Positions 9,469 through 19,111 of a stretch of 64,000 bases of DNA are shown here, piece by piece (positions within the stretch are counted from its first letter, which is position 1; every line of letters begins with the position of its first letter). This DNA comes from Clostridia bacterium (GTDB lineage: Bacteria > Bacillota > Clostridia > Christensenellales > UBA1242). The translations under genes were made by a program, and so were the position numbers. The stretch covers positions 600,620 to 664,619 of the forward strand of contig JAFUSR010000004.1 of the NCBI GenBank assembly GCA_017467585.1. Direction: 5' to 3'. The notes beneath the pieces are model-generated. The model made no database searches. It was given only the letters and a program-made list of their open reading frames with translations, and was not told where the DNA came from.

Positions 9469-9958
9469 AATCTACTGCCACCTCTCCATAAATTTTTTCA
9501 TCAAAAATAATTTTTGAGTCTTCAACAGAAACAATCAATCCCTGTTTGTGACTCGCCATAATAAAATGTTTTGGAACAACCGACTTAATTAAAAACACAT
9601 CAGCACTTCCAAAGTTTAAAACTTCAACAATTTTGCCCAGTTCTTTGCCGTCTGTCAAGCAAACTTGCTTGTCAACCAAGTCAGCAACCAAAAACTTGCC
9701 CTTAGGAACTTCAATGGAATTTTTGTCAACACAAATAATTTTATTTCTAAAGTTTTCAGCTTCATTTCTCGAATTTATGCAGTCTAACTTTAGCGCAACA
9801 CCACCACCAACATTATAAGACTTTTCAATTTTAACTGGTTTTCCTTCAATAAAAACAGTTTTGTTTGAATAGTCAAAGTCAGAGACAAAAAGTTGAACCT
9901 TAATGTCTCCCTTAATACCTTGCGGTTTGATTATTTTTGCTATTTCAAAAGTTTCCAT
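9458..9958 (-). CDS. rimM: Ribosome maturation factor RimM
   Basis: AKIIKPQGIKGDIKV, PRC-barrel C-terminus, rimM-trmD synteny. Confidence 0.92.
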   Translation of the reverse strand: METFEIAKIIKPQGIKGDIKVQLFVSDFDYSNKTVFIEGKPVKIEKSYNVGGGVALKLDCINSRNEAENFRNKIICVDKNSIEVPKGKFLVADLVDKQVCLTDGKELGKIVEVLNFGSADVFLIKSVVPKHFIMASHKQGLIVSVEDSKIIFDEKIYGEVAVDYED

Positions 9959-10015
9959 CAATATTTCCTTTTTTCTTATTATAAACAATGACAAAATTTA
10001 TTGCAAGAAAATAAC

Positions 10016-10037
10016 AAAAAACCACCAAAATTGGTGG
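10016..10037 (-). terminator. Probable intrinsic terminator after khpA
   Basis: CCACCA/TGGTGG stem with T-run. Confidence 0.6.
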
Positions 10038-10046
10038 CTAAAAAAT

Positions 10047-10283
10047 CTATTTTTTATCAGTAAACTTAATGTTTACTCGTTTGCCTTGTTTGCGTGCGCT
10101 TGTTCTTGCAACAGTTCTGATTGAGTTTGCAACTCTGCCGCTCTTGCCAATAATTTTTCCAAAATCTGCTTCAGAAACTCTAACAAGAACATTGATTTCT
10201 TTTCCTTCGTCAGAAAGTTCAACAACAACTGCATTTTGATCTTCAACAAGGCTTTTAACGATATATTCAACTAATTCTTTCAT
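10047..10283 (-). CDS. khpA: KH-domain RNA-binding protein KhpA/YlqC
   Basis: GKIIGKSGRVANSIRT (GxxG), downstream of rpsP. Confidence 0.93.
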   Translation of the reverse strand: MKELVEYIVKSLVEDQNAVVVELSDEGKEINVLVRVSEADFGKIIGKSGRVANSIRTVARTSARKQGKRVNIKFTDKK

Positions 10284-10304
10284 ATTATTTACCCCTTAGT
10301 TGAA

Positions 10305-10562
10305 CTATTTTGCCTTTTTGCCTTCAATAACGCCACTCTTTTTAAGAAAAGCCTTAACTGTGTCTGTTGGTTGAGCACCATTAGCAATCCATTTTTTTGC
10401 AAGGTCTGCATCAATTTTAACTTCTTCTGGATTTGCAAGTGGATTGTAAGTTCCAAGTTGTTCAAGATACTCTCCATCTCTAGCTTTTCTAGAATCAGTA
10501 ACTACAACACGATAAAATGGTGTTTTCTTTGATCCAAGACGAGTCAATCTAATTTTTAACAT
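10305..10562 (-). CDS. rpsP: 30S ribosomal protein S16
   Basis: [21 protein letters not shown]. Confidence 0.99.
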   Translation of the reverse strand: MLKIRLTRLGSKKTPFYRVVVTDSRKARDGEYLEQLGTYNPLANPEEVKIDADLAKKWIANGAQPTDTVKAFLKKSGVIEGKKAK

Positions 10563-10621
10563 TTGTTTTTCTCCTTTTTATTATTTTTATATATCATACA
10601 CGGCAGCAGCCGAAATATGCA

Positions 10622-11944
10622 CTAAAATCTTCTGCCAAACATTTTGGCAAGTTTGCCGTTGTTGGCGTTTTTCATGAGCATCTTTGTTTGCTCATATTGC
10701 TTCAAAAGCGAATTAACCTCTTGAATTGTCGAGGCAGAGCCAGCAGCAATACGCTTGCGCCTGCTTCCGTTGATAATTTCAGGGTTTTGACGCTCTTTTG
10801 TTGTCATTGAGCGAATTATTGCTTTAAACTTATCAATTTTCTTTTCATCAACGTCAGCAGGGTTAAATTTGCCGGCCATTCCAGGAACCATAGAGAGCAA
10901 GTCGGCAATGTTTCCCATTTTTCCTATTTGCTCAAACTGCATCAAAAAGTCTTCAAGCGTAAATTGATTTTTTTTGAGACGTTCTTCGAGTTTTGCCATT
11001 TCTTTTTGGTCAACAGCTTCTTGTGCCTTTTCAATCAGGGTTAAAACATCGCCCATGCCAAGAATTCTCGAAGCCATGCGGTCTGGATAAAATGGCTCAA
11101 TGTCACCAATTTTTTCTCCAATTCCGCAAAATTTGATAGGTTTTCCAGTAACAGCTTTAATCGAAAGCGCCGCACCACCACGTGTGTCGCCATCAAGTTT
11201 GGTTAAAACAACGCCAGAAATATCCAGTTGTTTGTCAAACTCTGTGGCAACATTAACAGCCTCTTGACCAGTCATGCTGTCAACAACAAGCAAAATTTCT
11301 GTTGGTTTCACCGTCTTTTTGATGTCAGAGAGTTCCTTCATAAGTTCGCTAGAAATTTGAAGGCGTCCAGCAGTATCTAAAATAACTGTGTCACAGCCAA
11401 TTTTTTTAGCATGGCGAACAGCTTCTTCTGCAATTTTAACCGGGCTAATTGTTCCCTTTTCAAAGAATTCAACGCCTGCGTTTTTCGCACCGATTCGAAG
11501 TTGTTCAATAGCGGCAGGACGATAAATGTCACACGCGACCAAAAGTGGCTTTTTGCCTTGCTTTTTAAGACTAAACCCGAGCTTGGCGCACATTGTAGTC
11601 TTTCCTGCACCTTGAAGACCACACATCAAGATGATTGTTGGTGGATTTGGGCTTACTGCAAGTTTAGAATTCTCGCTGCCCATAAGGCTGATGAGTTCTT
11701 CATTAACAATTTTAATAACTTGCTGACCAGGAGACAAACTTTCTAAAACTTTTTCGCCAACCGCTTTTTCACTAACCTTTGCAATAAAGTTTTTTGCAAC
11801 CAAAAAGTTAACATCGGCTTCTAAGAGCGCAACACGAACTTCTCTCATTGCTTCTTTTATTTCAAGTTCAGTGAGTTTTCCGCGCTTAGTTAGCTTTGAA
11901 AAAATATGATTAAGTTTTTCACCCAAACTTCCAAATAAAGCCAA
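10622..11944 (-). CDS. ffh: Signal recognition particle protein (TTG start)
   Basis: GLQGAGKTT, DTAGR, TKLD, Met-rich M domain. Confidence 0.98.
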   Translation of the reverse strand: MALFGSLGEKLNHIFSKLTKRGKLTELEIKEAMREVRVALLEADVNFLVAKNFIAKVSEKAVGEKVLESLSPGQQVIKIVNEELISLMGSENSKLAVSPNPPTIILMCGLQGAGKTTMCAKLGFSLKKQGKKPLLVACDIYRPAAIEQLRIGAKNAGVEFFEKGTISPVKIAEEAVRHAKKIGCDTVILDTAGRLQISSELMKELSDIKKTVKPTEILLVVDSMTGQEAVNVATEFDKQLDISGVVLTKLDGDTRGGAALSIKAVTGKPIKFCGIGEKIGDIEPFYPDRMASRILGMGDVLTLIEKAQEAVDQKEMAKLEERLKKNQFTLEDFLMQFEQIGKMGNIADLLSMVPGMAGKFNPADVDEKKIDKFKAIIRSMTTKERQNPEIINGSRRKRIAAGSASTIQEVNSLLKQYEQTKMLMKNANNGKLAKMFGRRF

Positions 11945-11956
11945 AATATATCTCCC

Positions 11957-12295
11957 TTATAGTTTTGTGATGATTTTGTGAATTTGTGCTGAAATTTTTG
12001 CCTGCAAAGCATCAGTTGTGTCGAGCGTTGATTGCAGCTTTAGTAAATCGGCCTTTGTTTGATTATACTTTTCGACAAAGCCACACTTTTTTTCAGTTTC
12101 ATATAATTGTTGTTCTGCTTTTGCAAGCGAATCGTGAACAGCTTGTCTCGTGATTTTTAACTCTTCAGCAATTTCAAACAGCGACATGTCGTTTTGATAA
12201 TACATTTCAAAAATCTGCTGCTGTTTTTCTGTTAAAAGATTGCCATAAAAATCAGCCAAAATACAAAGTTCAATTTTTTTGTTTAAATCAATCAT
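11957..12295 (-). CDS. ylxM: YlxM/UPF0122 SRP-associated HTH protein
   Basis: DFYGNLLTEKQ, DMSLFEIAEELKITRQAVHD; upstream of ffh. Confidence 0.93.
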   Translation of the reverse strand: MIDLNKKIELCILADFYGNLLTEKQQQIFEMYYQNDMSLFEIAEELKITRQAVHDSLAKAEQQLYETEKKCGFVEKYNQTKADLLKLQSTLDTTDALQAKISAQIHKIITKL

Positions 12296-12403
12296 ATTTC
12301 ACTTTATCTGTAAAGCATTTTTACTTTACACCTGTAATATTACACTAATATTTGCTAATTGTCAACATTCTTAACAAAAAAAATGGCCAAAATAAGACCA
12401 TTT

Positions 12404-13303
12404 TTATTCAAATATGCTGTCAACAAATTCTTTTGCGTTAAAATCCAAAAGGTCGTCAGCAGTTTCGCCAACACCAACAAACCTAATTGCCATGTCATAG
12501 TTTTGAGCAAGCGCAAAGACAAAGCCACCCTTGCTTGTTCCGTCGAGTTTGGTAACTGCAATATCCGTGAGTCCAATCGCCTCATCAAACAATTCAACTT
12601 GACTTAGCGCATTTTGGCCTGTTGTTCCATCAACAACAATCATCTTGTGATATTCAGCCTCAGGGTATTGTTTTTGTATAATTCTGTCCATCTTTTTGAG
12701 TTCTTCCATAAGGTTAACCTTGTTATGCAAGCGCCCCGCTGTGTCGATAATGACAACGTCGTTTTTGCGTGCTTTTGCACTAGCCAAGCCATCAAACACA
12801 ACACTTGCAGGGTCTGCGCCCTCTGTGCTTCCAACAATTTTAACCTTGGCGCGCTTTGCCCAAACCTCAAGCTGCTCACCAGCAGCAGCTCTAAATGTGT
12901 CGCCAGCAACAACAAGTGGGTTTTTGCCAGCTTTCGCATAGCGCTCTGCAATTTTGCCAATTGTAGTGGTTTTTCCAACACCGTTAACTCCAACAACCAT
13001 AATAACACAAGGATAAGAAAAGTCTTTTGCCTGAGCCTTGGTGAGAATATCAACCAAAACCTCTTTCAAAAGATTTCTGCAGGCATCTGTTGTTTTAACT
13101 TTATTCTTTTTAACAAGTGCCTTCAGGTTTTCCAAAATTTCTTCTGTTGTGCTCGCACCAACATCACTAGAAACCAAAACAAATTCAAGTTCATCATAAA
13201 AGTCTTGGTCAATGTCGTTGCCAGTAAAGGCATATTTAAGCTTTTCACCAAATGATTTTTTGGTGTTTTTCATTCCAGCAATAAGTCTAGATAAAAATCC
13301 CAT
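12404..13303 (-). CDS. ftsY: SRP receptor FtsY
   Basis: GVNGVGKTTT, DTFRAAA, DTAGRLH, TKLDG. Confidence 0.98.
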   Translation of the reverse strand: MGFLSRLIAGMKNTKKSFGEKLKYAFTGNDIDQDFYDELEFVLVSSDVGASTTEEILENLKALVKKNKVKTTDACRNLLKEVLVDILTKAQAKDFSYPCVIMVVGVNGVGKTTTIGKIAERYAKAGKNPLVVAGDTFRAAAGEQLEVWAKRAKVKIVGSTEGADPASVVFDGLASAKARKNDVVIIDTAGRLHNKVNLMEELKKMDRIIQKQYPEAEYHKMIVVDGTTGQNALSQVELFDEAIGLTDIAVTKLDGTSKGGFVFALAQNYDMAIRFVGVGETADDLLDFNAKEFVDSIFE

Positions 13304-13311
13304 AAATTCTC

Positions 13312-16300
13312 CTAAACAGCGTTATCAATTCTAATGGCATCACTAAGTTTAACAGAAACCATTTTAGAAACACCCTTTTCTTCCATGGTAACACCATACA
13401 AGCAATCAGCAAGTTCCATGGTTGGCTTTCTGTGAGTGATAACAATAAACTGAGTGTCTTTGCTATAATTTTTAAGATATCTCGCAAATCTATCTACGTT
13501 TGCATCATCAAATGCCGCTTCAATTTCGTCAAGAACGCAGAATGGCATTGGCTTTAACTTTAAAATTGCAAACAAAATCGCAACAGCAGTAAGAGCCTTT
13601 TCTCCACCAGACAACAGCGAAATGTTGCTAAGTTTTTTGCCAGGTGGCTCGGCAATGATATCAATTCCACACTCAAGCAAGTTTGATTCGTCTTGGAGCA
13701 AAAGTTCTGCCTTTCCGCCACCAAACAACTCTTTGAAGACTTTTTGGAAGTTTAAATTAATTTGTTCAAATTGGGTTTTGAACTTGTCTTCCATTTGTGT
13801 TGTGAGTTCCTTGATAATTTTAAGCAGGTCATCTTCGGCTTTAGAAAGGTCATCACGCTGACCCGCAAGGTCGTTATACCTTGCTGTAACTGTTTCAAGT
13901 TCTTCAATAGCGTTAACGTTAACATAGCCAAGTGACTGAATTTTCTTTTTAAAGCTTGCACTTTCAGCAAGAGCCTCTTTCAAATCAAACACCTCAAGTC
14001 TAAAGGCTAGCGCATCAGAATAAGTCATTCCATATTCTTCCCACACACGCTCTTGCATTGTTTCAACTTCAGCGTCTATCTGACTTAGCCTCATTTCTTC
14101 TTTAGCACGCTTCTCGGTTATTCTTTGAATTTCGCCAGAGAGTTGCATTTTGAGTTCATCTGCCTTGCTCATTGCAAGTTGCTTAGACTGTTTAAATTCA
14201 TCAAGCCCAGCAAGCTTGTTGCGAATTTCTTTAATTTGTTCCATGCTAGCCTTATAATTTTCGTCACCGGTAACATTATCTAGCATAGCAGAAAGTTCAC
14301 TAAGCTGAGTTGCGTTCTTTTGAAAAGCAAGCCTATTTTCACGATAGCGATAATCACTAACAGCAATATCAGAAGAAAGTTTGTCTATTTCAGCCGTCAA
14401 ACTTTCAATTAAACTTGCCTTAGATGTCTGTTTAATTTTAAGTTCTGTCAAACTGTCATAAAGTTCTTCTCTTTGCTTTCTGAGCATATCAAACTTTGTG
14501 TCGGCCTTTTTCTTGTTTTCGTTAGCCTCGCTGGTCTTAGCAATTGTTGCACCAACTTTAGCACTAGCAAGTTCAAGTGCATCACTAACAGCAACAATTC
14601 TGTCCATAAGAGCATCTTTTGCATACTCGGTTTGTCTAAATTCGTGTTCTAGTTCTGAAACTTGGTCATCGAGTTTGTCCGCCTCATCACGAGAGCGAAT
14701 AAGTTCAACTTCGATGTCGTGCACCTTTCCGTTAACAACAATAAGTTCATCATTGTTTGCTTGTTCTTTTGCCTTATATTCATCAAGTTTTTTAGTCTCG
14801 GCAGAAATTTCGTCAGCAAGCAACTTAAGTTCTTTGTTAAGGTCAGCAATTTCACGCTCACGACCAATCAGGTTGCTAGACGACTCTTTGCGGCTACCAC
14901 CAGAAATGCTACCCTGTGGGTTGATTACGTCGCCATCGAGCGTTACAACTTTTGCAGAATATCTAGTTGCTCGGGAAAGCGCAATTGCGTTGTCCATGTT
15001 GTCAACAATAACAGTTGAGCCAAGCAAACTCTTAAACACAGAATCAAGTTGTCTGTCATAAGAAATCAATTCGCTTGCAACACCAAGAACACCACGACTG
15101 TTTAAGTGGTCTTCAACAATGTCAGGAAGTCTGCGTTCTTTCATGCTAGAAATTGGCAAAAATGTTGCACGTCCAAACTTGTGGTCTTTCAAAAAGTTTA
15201 CAATATATTTTGCGTCGTCTTCGTCCTTGGTTACAATGTTTTGAACACTAGCACCAAGCGCCATTTCAATTGCAACTTCTAAATTGGCCGGAACTTTCAT
15301 AAGTTTTGCAACAACACCAACAATCATTTTGCTCAGTGTCGGGTTGCTCTTGGCTTGGTCTAAAAGACGCTTTACAGGAACAACAAAACCCTCGTTTTCT
15401 TCTGCCATTTCTTGAAGAACCTTGGCACGCGACATCTTTGTGTGATATTCAACCTTTTTGTCGTCAAGAGAAATCGACAAGTTGTTTCTCTTTTCGGCAA
15501 ATGCATTTGCGTCGTCTAAAAGGTTGGTCTGTTTAATTTTTGTGTCTGACAGTTTGTTAGACAGTTCAGCAATATCTTTTTGCTTTTGATCGAGTTTAGA
15601 CTGCAACGAAGAAATGTTATCTTTAAGTTCAGATAATTTTGAGTCGGTTTCAGTCTGTTTTTCTGCAAGCATGTTTTTTTCTGCTTGCAAGCTCGAAAGT
15701 GCCGATTTGTCGTCACCCAAGCTTTGAAGCGCGCTATAAATCTCTTCGCCAGACTCTTTTGTAGACTTTTCTCCCGCAGTAAGCCTGTCAACAATGTCTA
15801 AATATTCTTGATTAACCTTTTCGATTTGACGATCAAGTTCGCTGAGCATTGTTTTGTTTGTCTCTAGTTCAGTTGTTTTGTCTGTTATTGCTCTCTTTAG
15901 ATTTTCTTTTAAAATTTCGTCTTGCTTAATTTGAGAGTCAAGCCTAGAATTTTGCTCGGTTAAGTTGTTAATTTTTTCTTGAACAAGTTTTGCTTCACCA
16001 TTTTGTTTTTCAAGTTCAACGTTTAAATTCAAGAGTTCTTCACGAAGTTCTTCAATTGTCTGGTCTAGTTTGCTGATGCTCTCAAAACTTTGGTTATATT
16101 CGCTAACTGCATTGTCAAAATCTGCCTGCTTAACAGCAAGTTCTTGGTCAATTCCCTCAATTTTTAAACTGATTTCTTGTTTGTTGCTATTAGCGTGGTC
16201 ATATTGATAAACATAAATATTAAGTTCAAGATTTTTTAATTTTTCTTTATATTCCAAAAACTTTTTGGCGCTTTCAGACTGTTTGGTGAGGGGTCCTATT

Positions 16301-16902
16301 TGGTTTTCAAGTTCATAAATAATATCATTAAGTCTGGTTAAGTTGTCACGTGTTCGAAGAAGTTTACCTTCGGCTTCTTGTTTTCTGTTTTTAAACTTAG
16401 AAATGCCAGCAGCCTCCTCAAAAATAGAACGTCTGTCTTCTGGTTTAGCCGAAAGCAGGCTGTCAATTTTTCCCTGACCAATAACACAATAGCTTTCCTT
16501 GCCAAGGCCAGTGCCCCTGAGCGCATCTACAACATCTTTTTGACGAACAGGGTTTTTGTTGATTGAATATTCGCTTCCGCCACTTTTATACAACTTTCTA
16601 GAAAACACAACCTCGTCGTAATCCAGTGGAAAGATTCTGTCTGTGTTGTCAAAATAAAGAGAAACCTCACAATAACTAAGTGGTTTTCTCTCTTGTGTTC
16701 CGTTAAAAATAACATCTTGCATGCTGCTTCCACGCATAGATTTTGCACTGGTTTCACCCATAACAAAACGAATGCCATCGGCAACGTTACTCTTTCCACA
16801 ACCATTAGGTCCAACAATTGCAGTAACACCAGAGTCGAAACTGACTTCTAGTTTGTCTGCAAAAGATTTAAAACCATATAACTCCATTTTTTTAAATTTC
16901 AT
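13312..16902 (-). CDS. smc: Chromosome segregation protein SMC
   Basis: GPNGCGKSN, coiled coils, hinge GRATFLP, LSGGE, LDEIEAAFD. Confidence 0.98.
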   Translation of the reverse strand: MKFKKMELYGFKSFADKLEVSFDSGVTAIVGPNGCGKSNVADGIRFVMGETSAKSMRGSSMQDVIFNGTQERKPLSYCEVSLYFDNTDRIFPLDYDEVVFSRKLYKSGGSEYSINKNPVRQKDVVDALRGTGLGKESYCVIGQGKIDSLLSAKPEDRRSIFEEAAGISKFKNRKQEAEGKLLRTRDNLTRLNDIIYELENQIGPLTKQSESAKKFLEYKEKLKNLELNIYVYQYDHANSNKQEISLKIEGIDQELAVKQADFDNAVSEYNQSFESISKLDQTIEELREELLNLNVELEKQNGEAKLVQEKINNLTEQNSRLDSQIKQDEILKENLKRAITDKTTELETNKTMLSELDRQIEKVNQEYLDIVDRLTAGEKSTKESGEEIYSALQSLGDDKSALSSLQAEKNMLAEKQTETDSKLSELKDNISSLQSKLDQKQKDIAELSNKLSDTKIKQTNLLDDANAFAEKRNNLSISLDDKKVEYHTKMSRAKVLQEMAEENEGFVVPVKRLLDQAKSNPTLSKMIVGVVAKLMKVPANLEVAIEMALGASVQNIVTKDEDDAKYIVNFLKDHKFGRATFLPISSMKERRLPDIVEDHLNSRGVLGVASELISYDRQLDSVFKSLLGSTVIVDNMDNAIALSRATRYSAKVVTLDGDVINPQGSISGGSRKESSSNLIGREREIADLNKELKLLADEISAETKKLDEYKAKEQANNDELIVVNGKVHDIEVELIRSRDEADKLDDQVSELEHEFRQTEYAKDALMDRIVAVSDALELASAKVGATIAKTSEANENKKKADTKFDMLRKQREELYDSLTELKIKQTSKASLIESLTAEIDKLSSDIAVSDYRYRENRLAFQKNATQLSELSAMLDNVTGDENYKASMEQIKEIRNKLAGLDEFKQSKQLAMSKADELKMQLSGEIQRITEKRAKEEMRLSQIDAEVETMQERVWEEYGMTYSDALAFRLEVFDLKEALAESASFKKKIQSLGYVNVNAIEELETVTARYNDLAGQRDDLSKAEDDLLKIIKELTTQMEDKFKTQFEQINLNFQKVFKELFGGGKAELLLQDESNLLECGIDIIAEPPGKKLSNISLLSGGEKALTAVAILFAILKLKPMPFCVLDEIEAAFDDANVDRFARYLKNYSKDTQFIVITHRKPTMELADCLYGVTMEEKGVSKMVSVKLSDAIRIDNAV

Positions 16903-16909
16903 TTGTTTT

Positions 16910-17569
16910 TTACGCCTTTTTTAAAATTGATATTGTGTTTTTTGCCGCAATTTGTTCAGCGGTCTTTTTGTTTTTGCCCTCACCATAACCACACAGATTG
17001 CCATTAACAATAACAGTGCACTTATAAAATGGGTTGTGGCTTTCTCCATGTTTTGTTGTTGAATAAACAATTCTTTGATTTTTGAGCATTTCTTGAAGCA
17101 TGGACTTTGCGTTTTCTTCTAGGCCTTCTGCTTTAAGTTTTTCAATGGCATCTCCAAGAGACTCATCAACAAACTTTCTGCTCGCCTCAATTCCACCATC
17201 TAAATATAACGCTCCAACAACTGCTTCAAACAAATCGCACTTTTCTGCGCTGGTTGGCTGAGTTTTTTGTTCTCCTTTGCCTCTTAGCAAGAACTTGTCT
17301 AAACCAAGCTGAGAGATAACAAACGAAAGTGTTGGCTCACTAACCAAGCTTGCACGATATTTTGTGAGTTTGCCCTCTGGCAAGTTGAAAATTTTGTAAA
17401 GCTTGTCAGTAACAAGCAGTTCAAGCACTGCATCACCCAAATATTCTAGTCTCTCGTTGCTTTCAACGGACTTTTCATTTGCGTAACTCGAGTGAACAAA
17501 CGCCGTGTCTAAAAACGCTTTGTTTGCAAACTTGTGTCCTATGATTTTTTCAACTTGCTCTCTATTCAT
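16910..17569 (-). CDS. rnc: Ribonuclease III
   Basis: NERLEYLGDAVL, DLFEAVVGALYLDGG, C-terminal dsRBD. Confidence 0.96.
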   Translation of the reverse strand: MNREQVEKIIGHKFANKAFLDTAFVHSSYANEKSVESNERLEYLGDAVLELLVTDKLYKIFNLPEGKLTKYRASLVSEPTLSFVISQLGLDKFLLRGKGEQKTQPTSAEKCDLFEAVVGALYLDGGIEASRKFVDESLGDAIEKLKAEGLEENAKSMLQEMLKNQRIVYSTTKHGESHNPFYKCTVIVNGNLCGYGEGKNKKTAEQIAAKNTISILKKA

Positions 17570-18581
17570 TAGCGCCGCCTTCAATTTGTTTTAAGTTAGC
17601 GGTGAGGTTTTCTATCATTTTGGCTTTATATAACCCTCTCAGTTGCAACACACAACTATAAATTGTTTCTGCTTTGCTAGAGCCATGAGATTTAAGAACA
17701 AGTTTTTGAACTCCCAAAAATGCCGCACCAACAGAAGTATAATTAATTCTTTCTTTGGTCTTTCTGAAGGCTTTTTTAAGCAGCAAATATCCAAGTTTTC
17801 CTTTGAAACCAAGTTTTAGAATTTCTTCTTTCATAATTTTGTTGAGCGAATCAACACCACACTCAGCAGACTTCAAAAGAACGTTGCCAGTAAAGCCATC
17901 ACAGACAATAACATCATATTTTCCAGAAAGTGCATCACGAGCTTCCATATTCCCAACAAAATTGATGTTTTTGAGTTCTTTCAAACGAGCAAAAACCTCA
18001 TGAGTAAATTCATTGCCCTTGTGATCTTCTGTTCCAACACTCACTAACGCAACCCTTGGATTTTTAATTGAGTGCATAGCCTTCATATATTCACTGCCCA
18101 TAATGGCAAATTGAACAAGATATTCTGGCTTTGCATCAACATTTGCACCGCTGTCTATTAAAAGCGTTTTTGAGCCCATTAAATTAGGAAGTTCAGGTGC
18201 AAGCGCAGGCCTTAAAACGCCTTTGATTCGGCCAAGGCGAAGCGTTGCAGCAGTAAGCACAGCTCCTGTGCTTCCAGCACTGATGAGTCCAACAATGTCA
18301 TCACGATTTTTTAGTGCATCAAAGGCAACAACAATGCTGCTGTCTTTCTTTTGACGAATTGCAACTGTTGGGCTTTCGTCGTTCGAAATAACCTCTGTTG
18401 CGTTAACAATTTCAATCTTATTGCCGTTGTAGCCATATTCTGCCAAAATCTCTTTAATTTTTTCTTCCTTTCCAACGAGAGCAATTTCTACGTCGTCGAT
18501 TAAATTAACGCTGGTTATAGCGCCTTTAACAATCTCTTCTGGAGAATGATCTCCACCAAATGCGTCGATAGCAATTTTCAT
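17562..18581 (-). CDS. plsX: Phosphate acyltransferase PlsX
   Basis: IAIDAFGGD, SAGSTGA, DSGANVD, VCDGFTGNVLLKS. Confidence 0.97.
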   Translation of the reverse strand: MKIAIDAFGGDHSPEEIVKGAITSVNLIDDVEIALVGKEEKIKEILAEYGYNGNKIEIVNATEVISNDESPTVAIRQKKDSSIVVAFDALKNRDDIVGLISAGSTGAVLTAATLRLGRIKGVLRPALAPELPNLMGSKTLLIDSGANVDAKPEYLVQFAIMGSEYMKAMHSIKNPRVALVSVGTEDHKGNEFTHEVFARLKELKNINFVGNMEARDALSGKYDVIVCDGFTGNVLLKSAECGVDSLNKIMKEEILKLGFKGKLGYLLLKKAFRKTKERINYTSVGAAFLGVQKLVLKSHGSSKAETIYSCVLQLRGLYKAKMIENLTANLKQIEGGANE

Positions 18582-18742
18582 AAATAAACTCCTAAACGAG
18601 GATATTATATAATAAATATAATATTTTGACTAGCAAATTGAGCCACTTTTTGATTTTTTAATTGTCAAAATAATAAATTATTTTGCCCCTAAAACTTAAC
18701 AAAAAAGAACTTGTAACAAGCGTTTTGACCAGATATTTCCGT

Positions 18743-18764
18743 TGTTATGTCTGTCATAACACCC
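18743..18764. repeat. Dispersed palindrome copy
   Basis: TGTTATG-TCTGT-CATAACACCC, intergenic between rpmF and plsX. Confidence 0.9.
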
Positions 18765-18777
18765 TATTTTGTGCACA

Positions 18778-18810
18778 AAAAAACAACCCCTTTTGGGGTT
18801 GCTCTTTTTT
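18778..18810 (-). terminator. Intrinsic terminator after rpmF
   Basis: CAACCCC-TTTT-GGGGTTG stem with A and T runs on either side. Confidence 0.8.
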
Positions 18811-18815
18811 GCTCA

Positions 18816-19016
18816 TTAATCTTTTTTAGCTTTGTCAGCTTTAACAAGTTTCTTCTTTTCGCCATTATAGTATCCACAATTTGGGCAAACAGCGTGTGTA
18901 GCCTTCATTTCATGGCACTGTGGGCACTCAACAAGTGTTGGAGCTGTAGCTTTTCTATTTGCTGATCTGCGACTTCCTGTTGCAGCCTTGCTAACCTTAT
19001 GTTTTGGAACTGCCAT
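18816..19016 (-). CDS. rpmF: 50S ribosomal protein L32 (Zn-ribbon form)
   Basis: MAVPKHKVSK, CPQC...CPNCGYY; GGAGG RBS before 19016. Confidence 0.97.
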   Translation of the reverse strand: MAVPKHKVSKAATGSRRSANRKATAPTLVECPQCHEMKATHAVCPNCGYYNGEKKKLVKADKAKKD

Positions 19017-19111
19017 TGTTTTTCCTCCTGTATTTTTACCCAAGTGGGATTGTTTTTTGCACGGCAATTATATAACTATTGCGTGCGTTTGTCAATTGTT
19101 TTTGTTAAAAT

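Noticed and set aside
12614-13255. Long antisense or alternate-frame ORFs (for example 12614-13255, 4263-4835, 14498-15061, 37916-38437)
   Set aside because: They are shadows of conserved genes on the opposite strand, with no motifs or RBS
13312-16902. Periodic low-complexity signal in smc
   Set aside because: Explained by coiled-coil heptads
18778-18810. Similar terminator hairpins (CAACCCC/GGGGTTG here and at 43941; ACAGGC/GCCTGT at 30192 and 48174) as a repeat family
   Set aside because: Short GC stems with A/T flanks at gene ends; ordinary intrinsic terminators are sufficient explanation
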